A DNA stretch of 63,991 bases, filler included, from Lenisia limosa (lineage: Eukaryota; Protista; Breviatea), in assembly GCA_001655205.1 (NCBI GenBank). It is 15 parts of 15 records of this genome, joined end to end, with 100 filler letters (N's around TTAATTAATTAA, not from the genome) between each part and the next. Parts side by side here need not be neighbours in the genome. Positions count along the whole stretch, not along the records: positions 1 to 14,087 come from LPNZ01005893.1; positions 14,188 to 25,925 come from LPNZ01009163.1; 13 more parts are not named here. One strand, given 5' to 3'. Positions within the stretch are counted from its first letter, which is position 1. Every line of letters begins with the position of its first letter. A program made the translations under genes and the position numbers. Below are positions 11,833 to 25,798 of this stretch, piece after piece. The notes under the pieces were generated by a model. The model made no database searches. It worked only from the letters and a program-made list of their open reading frames with translations, and was not told where the DNA came from.

Positions 11833-14131
11833 AAAGTTTATGCCCTCTTAACAGCAGAAAAGTACGACCGTTGGAACCCAGCGAAATTACAAAAGCTGAC
11901 GTTAGGCAGGTCAGACTTTTTATATGAAATTTAATGTCATCTTTACTGGGTTAAAGAGTAGCATACAAAAATATTATTTTTGCCATTGCTGTATAGTCAA
12001 AATAATGTTCAAGAATAATCAAACAAAACAAATAATAATAATAAAAAGATAAATTGAAATGGTTACTTTTGCAATAGAACATCATCAATTTTACGTCGTT
12101 TAAAAACATGAGCAAAACGATAAAAAGATAGTTTAAAATTCGAATAATACTGCTTGGTCCGGTCAAAACGGCTAAATTGATTGATTGATCTGAAGCTCTC
12201 TATATTATTTGTTTTCAAAATAAAACACAGTTTCAAGATGATCTTGCTGTTTTTGGTGTTTTAAGTTGTTCTTAGATCCGGGAAAAGTTTGCGGAAGGAA
12301 CATAACTTTTGTGATATTGTTGTGAATTTGACCCCAAAAATTCCAAAAGGTTCCTTCTTGCGTAATTGGGAAAACAGGGTTTTAAAAGTCGAAAATACAG
12401 CCTTTTCTCAAAACTTATAATGACGTTAGAAACCAAATGCCAGACCCCTAAAACCCTCAAAATGGTCGAATCATATTGTAAAATGACTTCAGTAGTCTCG
12501 AGATATAAAGCTTGACATTTTGACTGAAATCATCAAATATGGACCAACGATCAACATCCACTTTTGGTAAAAAGACAAATTTTGCGAAAAGTTCGAAGTC
12601 CAAACTTTTTCCAGTCCGGACTTTTTTTTCAACCTAAAATTGGAAGTTTTTGTCCTTTTTTAGCGTGTTTTTATACAATTTTTGAAAAATTGACGACATC
12701 CAGTCCGGACTTTTTTTACTTTTTTTTTCCATGTCCTCGAGAAAACCAGAATTAGTGAAAAAACCAGAATTTTGAACGGGCGCATATGATATATTATATT
12801 TTTCTGCTGTACCAAAAATCCGTGTCGTTGATTCAAAAAGTGAATAATTCCTTCACCACGATATTAAAAAACCATATTACATACCTCCATACAGTTCACT
12901 TTATCACATTTTCGCCATTTCTTTAACTCCCTCAAGCAAAATTGCGCGCATTCTGATTATTTATTACTTTATCATTTTGGACCTGTCTTCCAAAAAAGGG
13001 ACCCCTGGCCCCGGCTATAAATTGTCCTGGAATTTTCAGAAAATTATCAATTTGGTATTTAGTATTTTCAATTTTTTGTGATATTCAATGGATTTTTACA
13101 TTTTTAGAGGCCTATTTCTAAAAAGAACACCCATAACCGTATATATAATTGGATTAAATGCTCTAAGCATATGTATATTAGTTAACCTGGGAGTACGACC
13201 ATGTTCTAGAATGGTGCACTGTACACCGCCACTCAAAAGTGGCGGNNNNNNNNNNNNNNNNNNNNNNNNNNNNNNNNNNNNNNNNNNNNNNNNNNNNNNN
13301 NNNNNNNNNNNNNNNNNNNNNNTGGTCGCGAAGTTCCGCGGTAAAGTCTCCAAAATATTTCAGCTTAAGCTCTGCAAGCTTTTTTAGGCATCGAATCCAT
13401 CTTAAGGGAGAAGGACCTGAATAGTGTGAATTTTGTGAAGTTAATGCTCTTCGCCCAAGAACTGCGGGACGTTCTCTCTCAACCTAACGTTGCTACACTT
13501 TATTGATTTCTGCAGCTTACTTTTTTAGGAAAAATAGGCTGTGCAGAGACAAGCATTCATTGATTAGCAGTTAAAAACGGTTGAAATAAAAACTATTACA
13601 TATCATATAAATGTATGATTTTTCATGATAAATGCTAGAGAAATATATGCTCGTGCGCCAAAACCCCATTGTTTTTGGGATATCCCGTCACTTTTGAATA
13701 AATGGCGCTATAAGACCTCAAGAATCCAATATTTTACTATTCTAACCAGCAGAAAGTAAAAATTAGCAAAATAAAAAAAATTATTCGGAAGTTTCGAAAG
13801 TTCAGTTCACCCCCTTTTCACGGAGTTTTTTTTTATTTTGACCCCCTCTTTTTTGGCTACTCAAGTTGATTTTTTTTATCACATTTTTTTTAACATAATC
13901 AAGAAGAAGACATCCAAATCAGTTGTTCGGCACCTTTTTTCTGAGCGATGTTTTTATTTATTATTTGGAAACAAAATATATGCATATAGGTGGGGGGACA
14001 TGACCGTGTCCACTTTTTAAAAAATTATGGCCCGCGGCCCGGGTTGCCTTTTTGTTGGATTTTTTTCTTTGAAAGACCCTTTTTCACNNNNNNNNNNNNN
14101 NNNNNNNNNNNNNNNNNNNNNNNNNNNNNNN

Positions 14132-14143
14132 TTAATTAATTAA
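14132..14143. other. Artificial scaffold spacer TTAATTAATTAA flanked by N runs (assembly artefact)
   Basis: Identical spacer at 14132, 25970, 29720, 31048, 33724, 35243, 37173, 41882, 43307, 53165, 57196, 59372, 60616 and 62849, each centred in an N block. It supplies stops in all six frames. Confidence 0.97.
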
Positions 14144-14759
14144 NNNNNNNNNNNNNNNNNNNNNNNNNNNNNNNNNNNNNNNNNNNNTAACCCCCCCCCC
14201 CCTATCTGATCGAAGCGTTCCTCACTTTTCAGGTTGTTCTTCCCTCAAATGTGGCGTCGGTATGTGAGGGAATATGTTGACCTAGATTTTTTGAGCCACT
14301 GTATGAACCACTATGGGTTTAAGTATACCCCAGATTTATTTTAAATCATCTAACACTTTTATACAAAAGCAAATCCTCATCTTGTCTTACACACGAAATT
14401 CTTACGTATTTGTGTTTCTTAAATATTAAGCCAAAAGGGTTCATTTCTCACCCCCCCCCCCCNNNNNNNNNNNNNNNNNNNNNNNNNNNNNNNNNNNNNN
14501 NNNNNNNNNNNNNNNNNNNNNNNNNNNNNNNNNNNNNNNNNNNNNNNNNNNNNNNNNNNNNNNNNNNNNNNNNNNNNNNNNNNNNNNNNNNNNNNNNNNN
14601 NNNNNNNNNNNNNNNNNNNNNNNNNNNNNNNNNNNNNNNNNNNNNNNNNNNNNNNNNNNNNNNNNNNNNNNNNNNNGTCTTGGGGTGACCGCAAATGGTG
14701 GATGAAGAACCCATACTTTGTTGTTTTGTTTATAGTTGTTTTATAAATTGTCCATTCTC

Positions 14760-16521
14760 ACCCGCAGCCGCAATTGGCGCTGTCTGCCCGCGCCACCCTA
14801 GCGTTCCTAGCGAAACAACCTGATGCGCGCGTGGCTAACACGCTCACTCAGGAGCTTGCCTGGACTGAATCGCTTTCCGCCGTCCAAACTACCAAGGCCT
14901 GGGAGCTTGNNNNNNNNNNNNNNNNNNNNNNNNNNNNNNNNNNNNNNNNNNNNNNNNNNNNNNNNNNNNNNNNNNNNNNNNNNNNNNNNNNNNNNNNNNN
15001 NNNNNNNNNNNNNNNNNNNNNNNNNNNNNNNNNNNNNNNNNNNNNNNNNNNNNNNNNNNNNNNNNNNNNNNNNNNNNNNNNNNNNNNNNNNNNNNNNNNN
15101 NNNNNNNNNNNNTCGAATGTGACAATTCAGGTTTCCTCTGAGCTTGAAAGGCAAAACTGCCCTCTTTCGTCGAATACCCTCCAAGGCCTCTTGACCAACG
15201 TGGGGCTTGGGATGGACCGTTCAACTGTTTTGGAGGAAATACGTGAACAACTCAAGTTCACATAAATATCATAATATTTTGGAACTCATAGGTTATCACA
15301 CCACATCAATTACGAAGGGAAGGATGGTGATTGTTTACACCCCCTCTCCCCACCCCCGTTGTTTTTTTGTTTTTTTTATACACTGCCTTTGTTCCCATTT
15401 GACATTTGCCTAGGATCCCGACGCTTTTCTCAACCTGGTGGAGACGCTCACTACTCTTCATCATAAGGGCCTCGTAAGTACGCTGGGAATGTGGCCCTTA
15501 GACATGAGCTTGGAATATGGGCTCATTACTTTGTGTTTTGAGATTTTAACAACTCAGTGATTAATTTCCACCCGACAGTGAGGTTTAAAAAAAACTGCTT
15601 TATAATACGAAATGTCGGGAAAGGAGGGTTTGATGTTATTTAGATTCTGAATAAATACCCTCAAGGATACGACCACTTTAAATACCTTCATCATTCTTCC
15701 TCAAGCCAAGGATACGTACGACCTCTTTAAATACACTCATCATTCTTCCTCAAGCCAAGGATACGATTACTTTAGCCTCTGCTGTCATAAATCCGACCCT
15801 AACCATCACCAGCTGCAGCATTGTAATTTTCCATGAATGACTTGGGCTTTGTTTTGTTATTTTCAACCCTCGTGTTGCAAGCCAACAGAGTTGATTTTGG
15901 GCTTTTTTGTGTCATAAATTTCCTTTGTTTTACCCCCCCCCCCCAGGACGGGCAGGTGGGACGAACAATGTGCTGCAATGGCTCAGGACCGTGGTACCCG
16001 AGGGTCCCCTTGGTGCCCCTCTGATTATCAAGGCTCTCCAGACCCTTGGTATGACTGCTCCCTATTAAATTTTTTAATCCTAGTTATCCTGATGATGTAC
16101 TGAAATAGAAAACTTCAGGTAGCATACAAAAGAGCAGATACCCCCTCCCAAACAGAGAATGTTCAATATATTCTGGTGCCTTTTTACTGCATAGCTCCGA
16201 AGGCAGCGTATGTGAACCGAAGAGATGCGACCACGTCCTCCTCTCTCGACCAGTCTAAGGTACTGCTAAACTTCGCTTGTAACACATATAAGAAAACAAT
16301 AATTGATTTGACTTATCGAGATCAGATTTATTTGGTTTGAAAAATGCAGGTAAAATATCGATAGTTTTCGAGGACCTATTTGATACCTCTCCTTATTGTG
16401 ACAGGCCTGTATACGAGGCCTATGGAAGGCAGGAGGCCCGGTGTGTGTCCTTCCCGAAGACTTCTCCTCCGAAAGTTCCATCATTGTTGCCGCGGCGTGC
16501 ATGAAGCTTTCGCTGACCTAG
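14760..16521 (+). CDS. Hypothetical multi-exon protein (partial)
   Basis: Exons such as LAWTESLSAVQTTKAWEL, DPDAFLNLVETLTTLHHKGL, NVLQWLRTVVPEGPLGAPLIIKALQTL and final ACIRGLWKAGGPVCVLPEDFSSESSIIVAAACMKLSLT* (TAG 16519-16521), with GT-AG boundaries. Confidence 0.55.
15670..15768. repeat. Intronic tandem duplication, about 50-bp unit x2
   Basis: ctttaaatac..catcattcttcctcaagccaaggatacg occurs twice in tandem. Confidence 0.8.
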
Positions 16522-17145
16522 GTTTGCTCATGGTATTGTAATTGTTGTTGTATTTTATGTATTATTCTGTTAATATAGTGTATTTATTGGTTTTTCAAGA
16601 AGGACCAGTAGCTCTAGAACGAAAGCGGAATTATCCCGAAGGCTCATTTTAATTGCTTACCACACTTGGATTATTATTCTTTCACAATTAAAAAAGGACA
16701 GAACCACCTCGCATTATCCTGTTGGGACTCGCATGTGATCATTGGGAACATCAAATATAACAACGATACTAGCCGAAGAGCAGAACCACAATGCAGTACA
16801 GTAGGAGAAAGTTCAGGAAGGAGCAGTACACGTAGATGAAAAAGAAAGGATCCGAGAAGGCTGAAGTTAGTCAATGAATCTACATTAGCTCATGATCAAG
16901 CATCAACTCAATCTCAATAAAACTTGAAGATTTTTATTGCAACCCCTCCCTCGGCCCCCGTTGTTTTTTTTAGATTATAGTTAAACATTTGACAAAATTT
17001 GCGACTTTTCCGTCCAAGCGGTTTTAAGCGGGCTCAAAGAAAAAGCACCTCTCCACTGTTACATTTGCCCCCCCCCCCACAAAATTTGGCGATTGCTTTG
17101 CCTCGTTGCAACTGAACAAGAGCAGTATCAGATAATCTCGTAATG

Positions 17146-19910
17146 CTAAGACGTTATAGAAGCAACAACTGTGATGTTTTCTCTGTCCAAGTTCCATTTA
17201 TAATGAGCAGCGAGCGAAGGTCTCTTTGCTTCAGCTTCCTTGAAAGTAGACAGCAGACAATCGGAGTGATACCCTTTACTCTGATATTCGTGATAGAATC
17301 ATACACCTCTAAAGCCCTGTCTTATCGAAAGTGCCCAACCTGTTTGATGCTCCAGTGAACCACGACTCAAGGCAGAGCCATGAGGGAGGCTCTTCTCCTT
17401 CTGAGGGGGGGGGGGTAATAGAAGTGGTAAATCATACATGCTACGGTAAAGAAGTTATATAAGACAATAAAACAAAAGTGCTCTTCTTCCTGGCTTCTCT
17501 GTGTGAAAATATTACCGTGACAGCTTCTAGGAGATTACCAGTTCAGAGTAATAGAAACAAATAAGACATAAATAGGCCAAATATAAAGAATATCAGATAT
17601 AATTCCCTTCCACATCTTCCACATACTAGGTGTTTCTTGAACAGCGATATCCTTGGTAGCAAGTTCTGGATTGAGGGCACCTGATAATATCATTATACTA
17701 TCTGACAAAAGCATGAGACTGTACAAAGGGAATGTATAGAACCAATTCACGACTTATGACACATTCTCTAGTTGCTTAAAACACTCTTTACCAACCATTT
17801 TGCCCCAGAAGATGAGATTTGAGACTCTCAAACGCCGATGCTGCCCAGAGCCGTGACTCTTTATGCGCTGCTTTTTGCATCAAGCCTATTGGGGGTTGTC
17901 AATCAAGAAACGTACAAGTGCTGACATTTTCCTGTGTGAAATGTTGAATTGTTATAAAAGTTAGCCTAGTTGCACAAGCCCCTTTTATGACCCCCACTCA
18001 CTCTTGAACCAGGTGTTTTTGACCCAATTCACTGTGGACGTCACTGTCACTTTGGTCTGATGTCAGTTATTTGGAAGTGATGACAATGATGGAATTGTGT
18101 TAATTGAAATGTCAAAACCAAACTTAGAGCGATAATACAGCACGTATGAAGTAGTTATACATTTTATTGTTTTGATTTTTTCAGCTGAAATCAGGAACAA
18201 AACTGAGAATCAGGGATTTTGAAAATACTTTTCTTGTTCCTTTACCTAGAGGTATAATATGGTGATGGTTGTTATAGTGCTTTCCTGTCACATTTTATAA
18301 ATCAAAGGTGCACTAACTACCTTTCATGGGCTAACCTGATTCTCATAGGCCGAGAAGTTGAAGAGGATTTCGTAGACAAAACTATCGCCAAATGGAGCGT
18401 CCAACGAAACGCTTTCTGCCTTGATTGCAGCTCCACTGGGGGTGAAATAAATAGCTCATGTTTGCATCCATATGATATACAAGTATGCTGTGTCTAGAAA
18501 TGAGACATATAAATGAGATACCTGGTCGAAGCCACAAACGATCAAGCTTTTAACAGATAGAATTGGAGACAATACTAATTCATTATTTACCTACCAGCCC
18601 AGTCATTTTATGATATTATATGATAATGTAACAATCAAATGCAATTATTTGAGAAGTTTCAAATTACGTATGTCCACAGGTCAGTTCTTTTGCTCATAAC
18701 AAGTAGGAAGCCAGTTTTCAATATTGCTGGGCCTACGCGGGTCCATTTAGCACAATGGTTTGAGTGAGTTCGATTCTTGTTATCTGCTCCCCTGGCTGTA
18801 TGGGTGAATGGGAAGGCAGCTTTATGATTGTAGTATCCATTCATCACAATACACAGTATAAAGAATACTCGGAGAAGTATAATTACGGCTTCACTCAGTT
18901 TGGATAAGCTAAACTTCTCAATATAAACACTAGATAAATATGGACTGTTAACAGAAACGCCCAAACTATTACATCACAAAAGGCTTTATTACCTTAACAG
19001 TTCCCAATGGCAACTTAATCAAGTAGTTTTCTTAAGACCCAAGAATCCCAACCTTTATGGGGTTGTTGTACGGCATTTTGTAAGTGATGAGTCTTTTGAT
19101 GACAGAAGCCTCGTCCATCCACGGCCCAATGGTTACATCTAAAGAGTCGAAATATGTGTGTAAGAAGTTAATAAACCTGGGAGGTCAAATATTACACTTT
19201 ACATTGGGGATGTGACAATATTTTTCTATCATATTCTTTCTACCACAGCAGTTTTCTGTGCACTTTCTACTTAAAATATCTTTTTTGTTTTTCTTTGTGC
19301 TAATTATATATTTTGCAGATTGTGACAAGTTATGAGTATCTTAATTTACTAACAAGCAGTCATTAATCACCTTACCTTACACATATCCATTAATAGAGAC
19401 TCCTAAAAGCCCAAAAACACCCCAACTACCAATACAGCGTTGTGAAATGTAGAGATCGCGAAGAAACGGGGAGTCTCGTGAGAACATGGCCTCAGCGGCG
19501 TCTTGAGGCTTGGCTGGGAGGAGGAAACTGCCAAGCTCTTCGGTGAACGTGGGCAAGGTCTGTGGGGGGAGGGTGAGGGGAAGGAATTCTGTGAATGGTG
19601 GAAGGGACAATATTTGAGTTATATTGCAAATAGGTTGTTGCAATCTAAAGATATGTACCAGACCTCCCACCTTAGTATACACTTCGGGGAAGTTACCCAC
19701 CTCTTTTGCTGTTACAGTGGAAGGGGCTTCTACAACACATATAATTACTTTGGAGAATAAATAATGACACAAATATTATCTGTGATTCGAAATACGACAA
19801 AGAGCCCAAATTGATATAGCAACTACTTGACAAAATAACCCAACTCAGGCAACAGACAGATAATAAGGGGACAAACCTTCTCTTTGTTCCTCATCTGGCT
19901 CATCCTAAAC
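17146..19910 (-). CDS. VASt/StARkin domain (LAM/Aster/GRAMD1-like) sterol-transfer protein with C-terminal hydrophobic segment, partial
   Basis: Exons give AMFSRDSPFLRDLY, DVTIGPWMDEASVIKRLITYKMPYNNPIK, SLDAPFGDSFVYEI and TKVTVTSTVNWVKNTWFKSLMQK, matching VASt motifs (PW..R.ITY..P; D(V/A)P(Y/F)GD.F; K.TW.K). Both ends uncertain. Confidence 0.7.
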
Positions 19911-20085
19911 ATTTTAATGCTCAAATAAATAGTTACCATCAGGCTGGCAACGTTATGTATGACGGGATAAGTCATGACCTATTTTGCTGGAAAATCACAT
20001 TGTAAACTTATATCCCGTGTGAATGTATCTAAGTATTTTGGTATGTATGGATATTTTGAAATTTGTAAAATACTTTTTTGATGTA

Positions 20086-21701
20086 TAAGGTACGTCACCT
20101 GACCGTGAACACTAACCTGACTGTGAACATAACCTGACCATGAACATCAGACTTTTTTTTTCGTTTATTTTATCATAATTGCGATATATATCCCAAAAAT
20201 GGCTGTTAAATAAGAGAAGAAAATTTCTGGGATAATAAAACACACAAAAAAAACACTGAACTGAACTGAACTGAACTGAACTTATTCCATTTATGTCGAC
20301 TCGATCTAGATTTCTCTTTTGAAAAAACTTTAGAGTGGTGGAATTGGCTTATGCAAATGTTTCCCCTTTAACCCCTGGTTCAACAAAACTCGGTTCTCTT
20401 TTGTTTTGTTACCCATAAAGGCGATGTCAAGATAATTTGAAATAGTTTTTAGAATACTGGAAAAGTCATTCTNNNNNNNNNNTCTGTTTTGAGCGGAACA
20501 ATTTTTTTGATAGGTTTGAAACTCTTGGTGACACCTCGAAGAAAATCTTTGTATTAAGTGAACACAAACCCCAGAACACTGGAGTTTCTGGGTCTAGAAG
20601 GTTCAGATGAGTCTGTTTCGTTGAAATTTTGTGCCGATTTACAGCCAATCGAAATAAAAAAACACTATTTTCAGAATTCTCTGCGACGAATCAGCAGTAT
20701 TAGGCATGACGTTGGTTGTACAGCAACTAACTGTAGACTTTTGACAAACCCCGAAAAGTGAAAGACTCTTGCTGATTCCAGTATTAAGCAAATCAAAAAT
20801 AGAGACGAAGTGCTACGACGAGTTGTTGAAGTACATAAATATTTTGGAACAAATTTGTTCTTGAAAATTCTGTATTTTCTCAGCAAAAAACTTTTTCCAG
20901 AAAATACACTGTATTTTTCCAGGAAAACCACTGGAAAAGTGAAAAAATCCGATTCAAGTTTTTTCCAATCGAAAAACCTCTCGTTTTTTGCTCGTGGTTG
21001 TCTTCCTTTTGTTACTCAGAGTTTTCTGTTGAGGAAAACTCCTTGTAAAAAATCAGAAAACCACTCCAAGGAAAAAAAAAGGGTTTTTTTATAGGAAAAC
21101 CACTGTGAAAGTGAAAAAATCCCTACTTCAGTGTTTTCCATTCGAATTCCTCCTCGTTTTTTTCTTCATGGTTGTCTTCTTTTGTTCCTCGGAGTTTTCT
21201 GAGGAAAACACTCATTGCTTAAGAAATGAAGCAATTTTTTTGACGCCTGCCTCCATTTTTTTCAACTGAGGCCGTAAACTTGTGTTTTCCGGCCAGAAAT
21301 CTCCAGTAAAAAAAAGCAGAAAACCACTCCCAGGAAAAAAAACTCGGGTTTTTCTTTTTAATACTTCATTTGGAAATGACCTTGGTACTGTTAACTGCTA
21401 TTTCTTCAATATATCATATATTCAATGTATATGATATAATTATCATTAATTGATACATTTACATTCTTGTCCCGATATATATTTGTATTTTACCGGTCTT
21501 TTTCGGACCTGAGTGAAGCCTTTGTTGGTGTCATATATTGTTGACTGGGATAATAAAATTTTGTTGTATCATACTTATTATGACAAAATCGTTAGCAATA
21601 TCAAGTAATATTGAAAAAAAAAAAGAAAAAAAAGGGCCGATGTTCACGGCCAGGTTATGTTCACGGCCAGGTTAGTGTTCACGGTCAGGTGACGTACCTT
21701 A
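20086..21701. mobile_element. About 1.6-kb non-autonomous TIR element with about 70-bp terminal inverted repeats, each containing three direct repeats
   Basis: Left end taaggtacgtcacctgaccgtgaacactaacctgactgtgaacataacctgaccatgaacatc is the reverse complement of the right end (21636-21701). TA on both flanks. Internal imperfect direct repeats of about 170 bp (20921-21355). No intact ORF. Confidence 0.85.
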
Positions 21702-21829
21702 TATATATATGATATATATAGCTGTGTCATATGTGATTTACTATGTACATATATATAATACATACATGTATATTACATACAATAATCAATAATAGATAAA
21801 TTATGATGAATATAACTAGAATATAATCA

Positions 21830-24800
21830 GAATACATGGGTGCCCACGTTGAACTGGTAATAATCCTCGCTGTCCAAAAAAGGCAGTTTCCGATGGATGT
21901 GACGTATTCGACCAAGGTCTTGGTAGTATTGCCCTGGAATTGGTAAGACATTATCCAATTAACAAACATAGTGGCCCCATCTGCTTAACATCTAATATGG
22001 AATTTTTGTCTTATGATTCACAAGGCCATAATATGTCATTTGACCCAGAACCCACCCAGGGATATCGCAATTTGCGGTTTCTGTTGAACATGTGAGACGT
22101 TTCGACAGATCCAATCCACCAAATCCGATCCTAGAGGACTGGTCAACTTTTTAGGTTCTTAGGAGCTTATACATGCTTTTTTTAAGATAAAACTGGGGAG
22201 CAAACCTCGAAAAGCCCAGCCATGTTTCGTCCGTTTTCCTTGGAACACACCTTGTACACCTGGAACTAATTATCTGGAAAATCTATTATGAGGGGTCACT
22301 ATGCCTAAACAAAATTCCCACTATCACATTTGTCAAATTAACAATAAATACTGATCAAATGGGAGCGAAGATGCCACTTTGGGACATGATTTATCGGTAT
22401 GTAATTTTGGGTGCTGTGTATGCGCCCATACTATATTATTATTATTATCAGTCCTATTCTTAACGTCCTATTATGACCTACTACTTAGAAGGCCCCAAAT
22501 GTCATCTAGCTCCTGTCTTGGCACCTGGCTAGTAAGGAAACAGACTTCATGGATGATGAGCAGTGGAGAGTATAATGTGAATGTTTCAGAGCGTTTAGTG
22601 TGATAGAAGGTTGATTCATTAATCCTTATCCTTCAGCTTTCCACAAAATAGGGTAAATTGCTCCTCTATGGAAACAGACTACTCAACAAAGCAATATCGA
22701 AACGAATCAATGATTCCAATTTGATCGTATGATCTGACAATATGAAGAATGGATTTCTTCAGACTTTCCTCAAAGGGCCTTGTAGGGACATGTCAGGATA
22801 AGCCAGGTCTGGGAAGTCTCCAAGGGGCTGCTGGAGAGCTGAATCGGTAAAATGTTGTACCAGACTTTGAAGAAAAATACGAATATGATTTGTCTTGTTG
22901 TGAACATTGGTGAATGGAAATGTAGAACGGTAAATGGAGAGGAAAGACAACAAGTATATCAAGTAATGATATTAGGGTAGTATTAATGATAAATTTGAAT
23001 TTTTCATGAACCAGTATTGTGAAGGGGTACAGAAGACGACCTTTTAACACGGCTCCAAGAAGCTTGTGGTTTGATTCCATTCTTTTCAGCTCGTGGTACC
23101 CTCCAATGTGCGCCTCACCAAAGAAAACTGCCGAGGATGATGATGGGGTGTGTTATTAATTCTGATGAAGTGTGCGTGTTTGTGATCCATTTTTACTTAC
23201 GTCATGGTATAGCATACGCATCTTCGCGTTGCTGTCATATTTCACTACTACTGTCTACCTACTTTGAGGGGTAGTGCTCTCGCCGGAGTGCTTTATCATT
23301 TCAGCCTCCCTCAGGGGGTTCTACAAGGGTTAATAGAGGCGACTACATTCAGTTGAGAATTGTAATTCTTTTAAATATATTGATGCAATATGGAATAAGT
23401 TTTCTTGATTTCTCCTGACTACATGACGATATTGTATTTCTTGACATTTTAGTTTATCAGTTCAGGTAAAGCATCGAGAGGTATCGAGAAGGTTTCTTCT
23501 GTTTATTCAAGTCTTGATGCAAAAGAACTGAAGCCTCAGCTACCCCAAAACCCACGCCGTCAATGATGAAGTTGAGGAAGGGAATACTGTGGGAATCGAG
23601 GAGACTGATTGCGTCATGGCCTTGGAAGTCAGCGAACTCATAATATAAGAAGATCATATACTATGTAGAGAAAACACAAGCATTAATGAGACCAACATGA
23701 TATGCAACTCTCCGAGGTATAGATGAACACCCGTGTAATCTGCAAACATGAATAGAAAGTCAAAGACAATGAAACTCATGTGGAAAGGGGAAGTGGTAGT
23801 TATGAAGAAGTAAGTTTCAACAATACATCTCTTTTAAGAAAATGAACCATTTACTGGTATAAACTGACCGCGATAAGTCTTGACACGATTTACGAAGGAA
23901 AAGCTCAATATCCGAATTATCACGGTCAGTGTATTATTGAGCTATATAAAAGATCAAGCTCCCTACCCCACAGCTTCATTTGTGGCTACAGGGGTGGACG
24001 TCATGGCTCTGCATCCTGTCGTTACTAGATCCTGACATTTCTTGTGACATGTCAGGTTGCAGACTGAATGAGTGAGGACGGAAGGAGAGTGGTATTGTTA
24101 GCTGGACACAAAAGGTTGAAAACTAGTAATTTGCCAATTGGAAATGAAGATTTTGATCGGCTATCGGTATACCAGCAAACCCGAGCATTTTCGTCCTCCC
24201 TAAATAGTGAGAAAAGCCATAAATTGATGGAAAAACAGTACACTTCCAGGTTGCATTTATCATCAATTTCTTTCCCCAAACCACCAAATAATGCCCATCA
24301 ATTGCCCTCACCAGCCTACCCCCCAAATCAAGTCTCCACAAAAGCAGCGCGTGGATGCGAGAAATGTTACTTTCTGATTTTGTTACTAGCATTACGAATG
24401 AACAGTAAAAACAAAGCAAAACAGAGACTACAACATTTTTGACAATATAGCTTGAGAAATAAAACAAAACAGTGTTATATCAGCAAGGGTCATCGTCGTA
24501 CATTGTATTATAGAATCATCATAAGAGTATTTCCCCTACACTATGTGAGATATAAAATAGTATCGCATAAACTATCATATAATATGATATAGCTAATATG
24601 ATATCGTATGTCATATAATACTATATGATATATATACAATATATTCTATTACCCATTTTCAGACATACATCCTTAAATAGTTACATGTTGTTTTTCTATT
24701 CTCAATTTTTTGTAATAAAGCAAAGCCCTCTAACGCCCGCTATTAGCGTACTTGGAAGTTGTGGAACACAAAACACGTTTCAGGGTCATAGTCAGCATCC

Positions 24801-25360
24801 TCTGTCTTCTCAACCTCCACTGGGGTCTGCCCCGTCTGTACTGGTAACAAAGGAAAAACTGGGGATTTCTCTCTGGACAAACGATCACACCATCTCAATT
24901 GTGCTGATAAATATCAATGATAATAGTAATTCGGTCCTTCAAAATCAACATACAACCATTTTTGAACGTATGTAATTAGACCTCCACTCAATAGCCCGCC
25001 ATTCCTTATTCAGACTCCCTCTCACAAGTCGAAATAAGCTGCCTTTGAAGTCATTATATGCCTGGTAGAAGTAGTTCATGACGAACTTACACATCAAACC
25101 TGCTATTGTAAAACCCAAGCATAAAGAAACTTCATTCCCTCATACCAAATCCCAAAAGAAGCACTCAGACAAGCATGTCAAAAGACCGATTTGCAACTCA
25201 AAGGGCCTTCCGTAAAAGGCAATAAAGAAGTGTTGCTGCAGTTTTGGAAAAGATTGGTAAAATAATTAGCAACAGCCCATGAAGAGCTTAGCGTATTGGA
25301 GTGGAGTTTTCGATGGCAGTGATGAGAACTCTAAAAGGAAAGAGAGATATGTTGGCAGCA
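21830..25360 (-). CDS. Hypothetical exons, possibly the 5' part of the VASt gene or a separate gene
   Basis: Several GT-AG bounded open segments (e.g. YMIFLYYEFADFQGHDAISLLDSHSIPFLNFIIDG at 23550-23660). A full model could not be resolved. Confidence 0.3.
23862..23931. mobile_element. MITE family C variant (TIR CACTGACCG..GATAA, TA flanks)
   Basis: aactgaccgcgataagtcttgac..ttatcacggtcagtg|ta shares the gataagtcttgac core with family C. Confidence 0.55.
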
Positions 25361-25798
25361 AAGTGGCTTCCCACGCTGTTTCCGTGTTAATAATCTTTAA
25401 CTCTGTAATTTATTATTATTTATGGTGAAGAAGATGGAGAGGAGACTTTCTATTTCAATAAAGGAAGTTGGTTAAGTTTACCAAAAAAATTACCGAATTT
25501 TTAAGTTGGTTCTGCGCGCCCTCGTGGAAAATTCACATATCTCTTGAGAAGAGTTAAGCGGAGGAGTTGATAGTTTCTGTTTTTTGAGTTCAGTGGTTTT
25601 GTGGTTTATAAAATTAAAGGCAGTTGATTAAATATGTAAATATATACACGGATACGTATATTCAATGTATTTGCAATTCAGATGCATATGGTTACAAAAT
25701 GAAATATTTTCAACTGTCAACTCTGCTGATAATCGTATTGGAACAAGAAACATAGAAAACTGCATAACTGCTTTGAAAACCATAAAACAACACCACAT

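Noticed and set aside
13226-13245. Perfect 8-bp hairpin ccgccact-caaa-agtggcgg (possible Helitron 3' hairpin)
   Set aside because: It runs directly into an N gap, so a CTRR end cannot be checked, and no second copy was seen.
1-14087. First scaffold might be a contaminant organism (AT-rich, tiny introns, none of the A-D MITEs)
   Set aside because: The same compact style occurs on scaffolds that also carry expanded-style sequence (e.g. the CFAP52 5' exons), so one genome is more likely. Not formally excluded without coverage data.
17090-17400. RENITVVA and FDKTGL segments resembling a third pogo transposase relic
   Set aside because: A strong C-run acceptor at about 17400 and plausible in-frame splicing make terminal exons of the VASt gene the simpler explanation.
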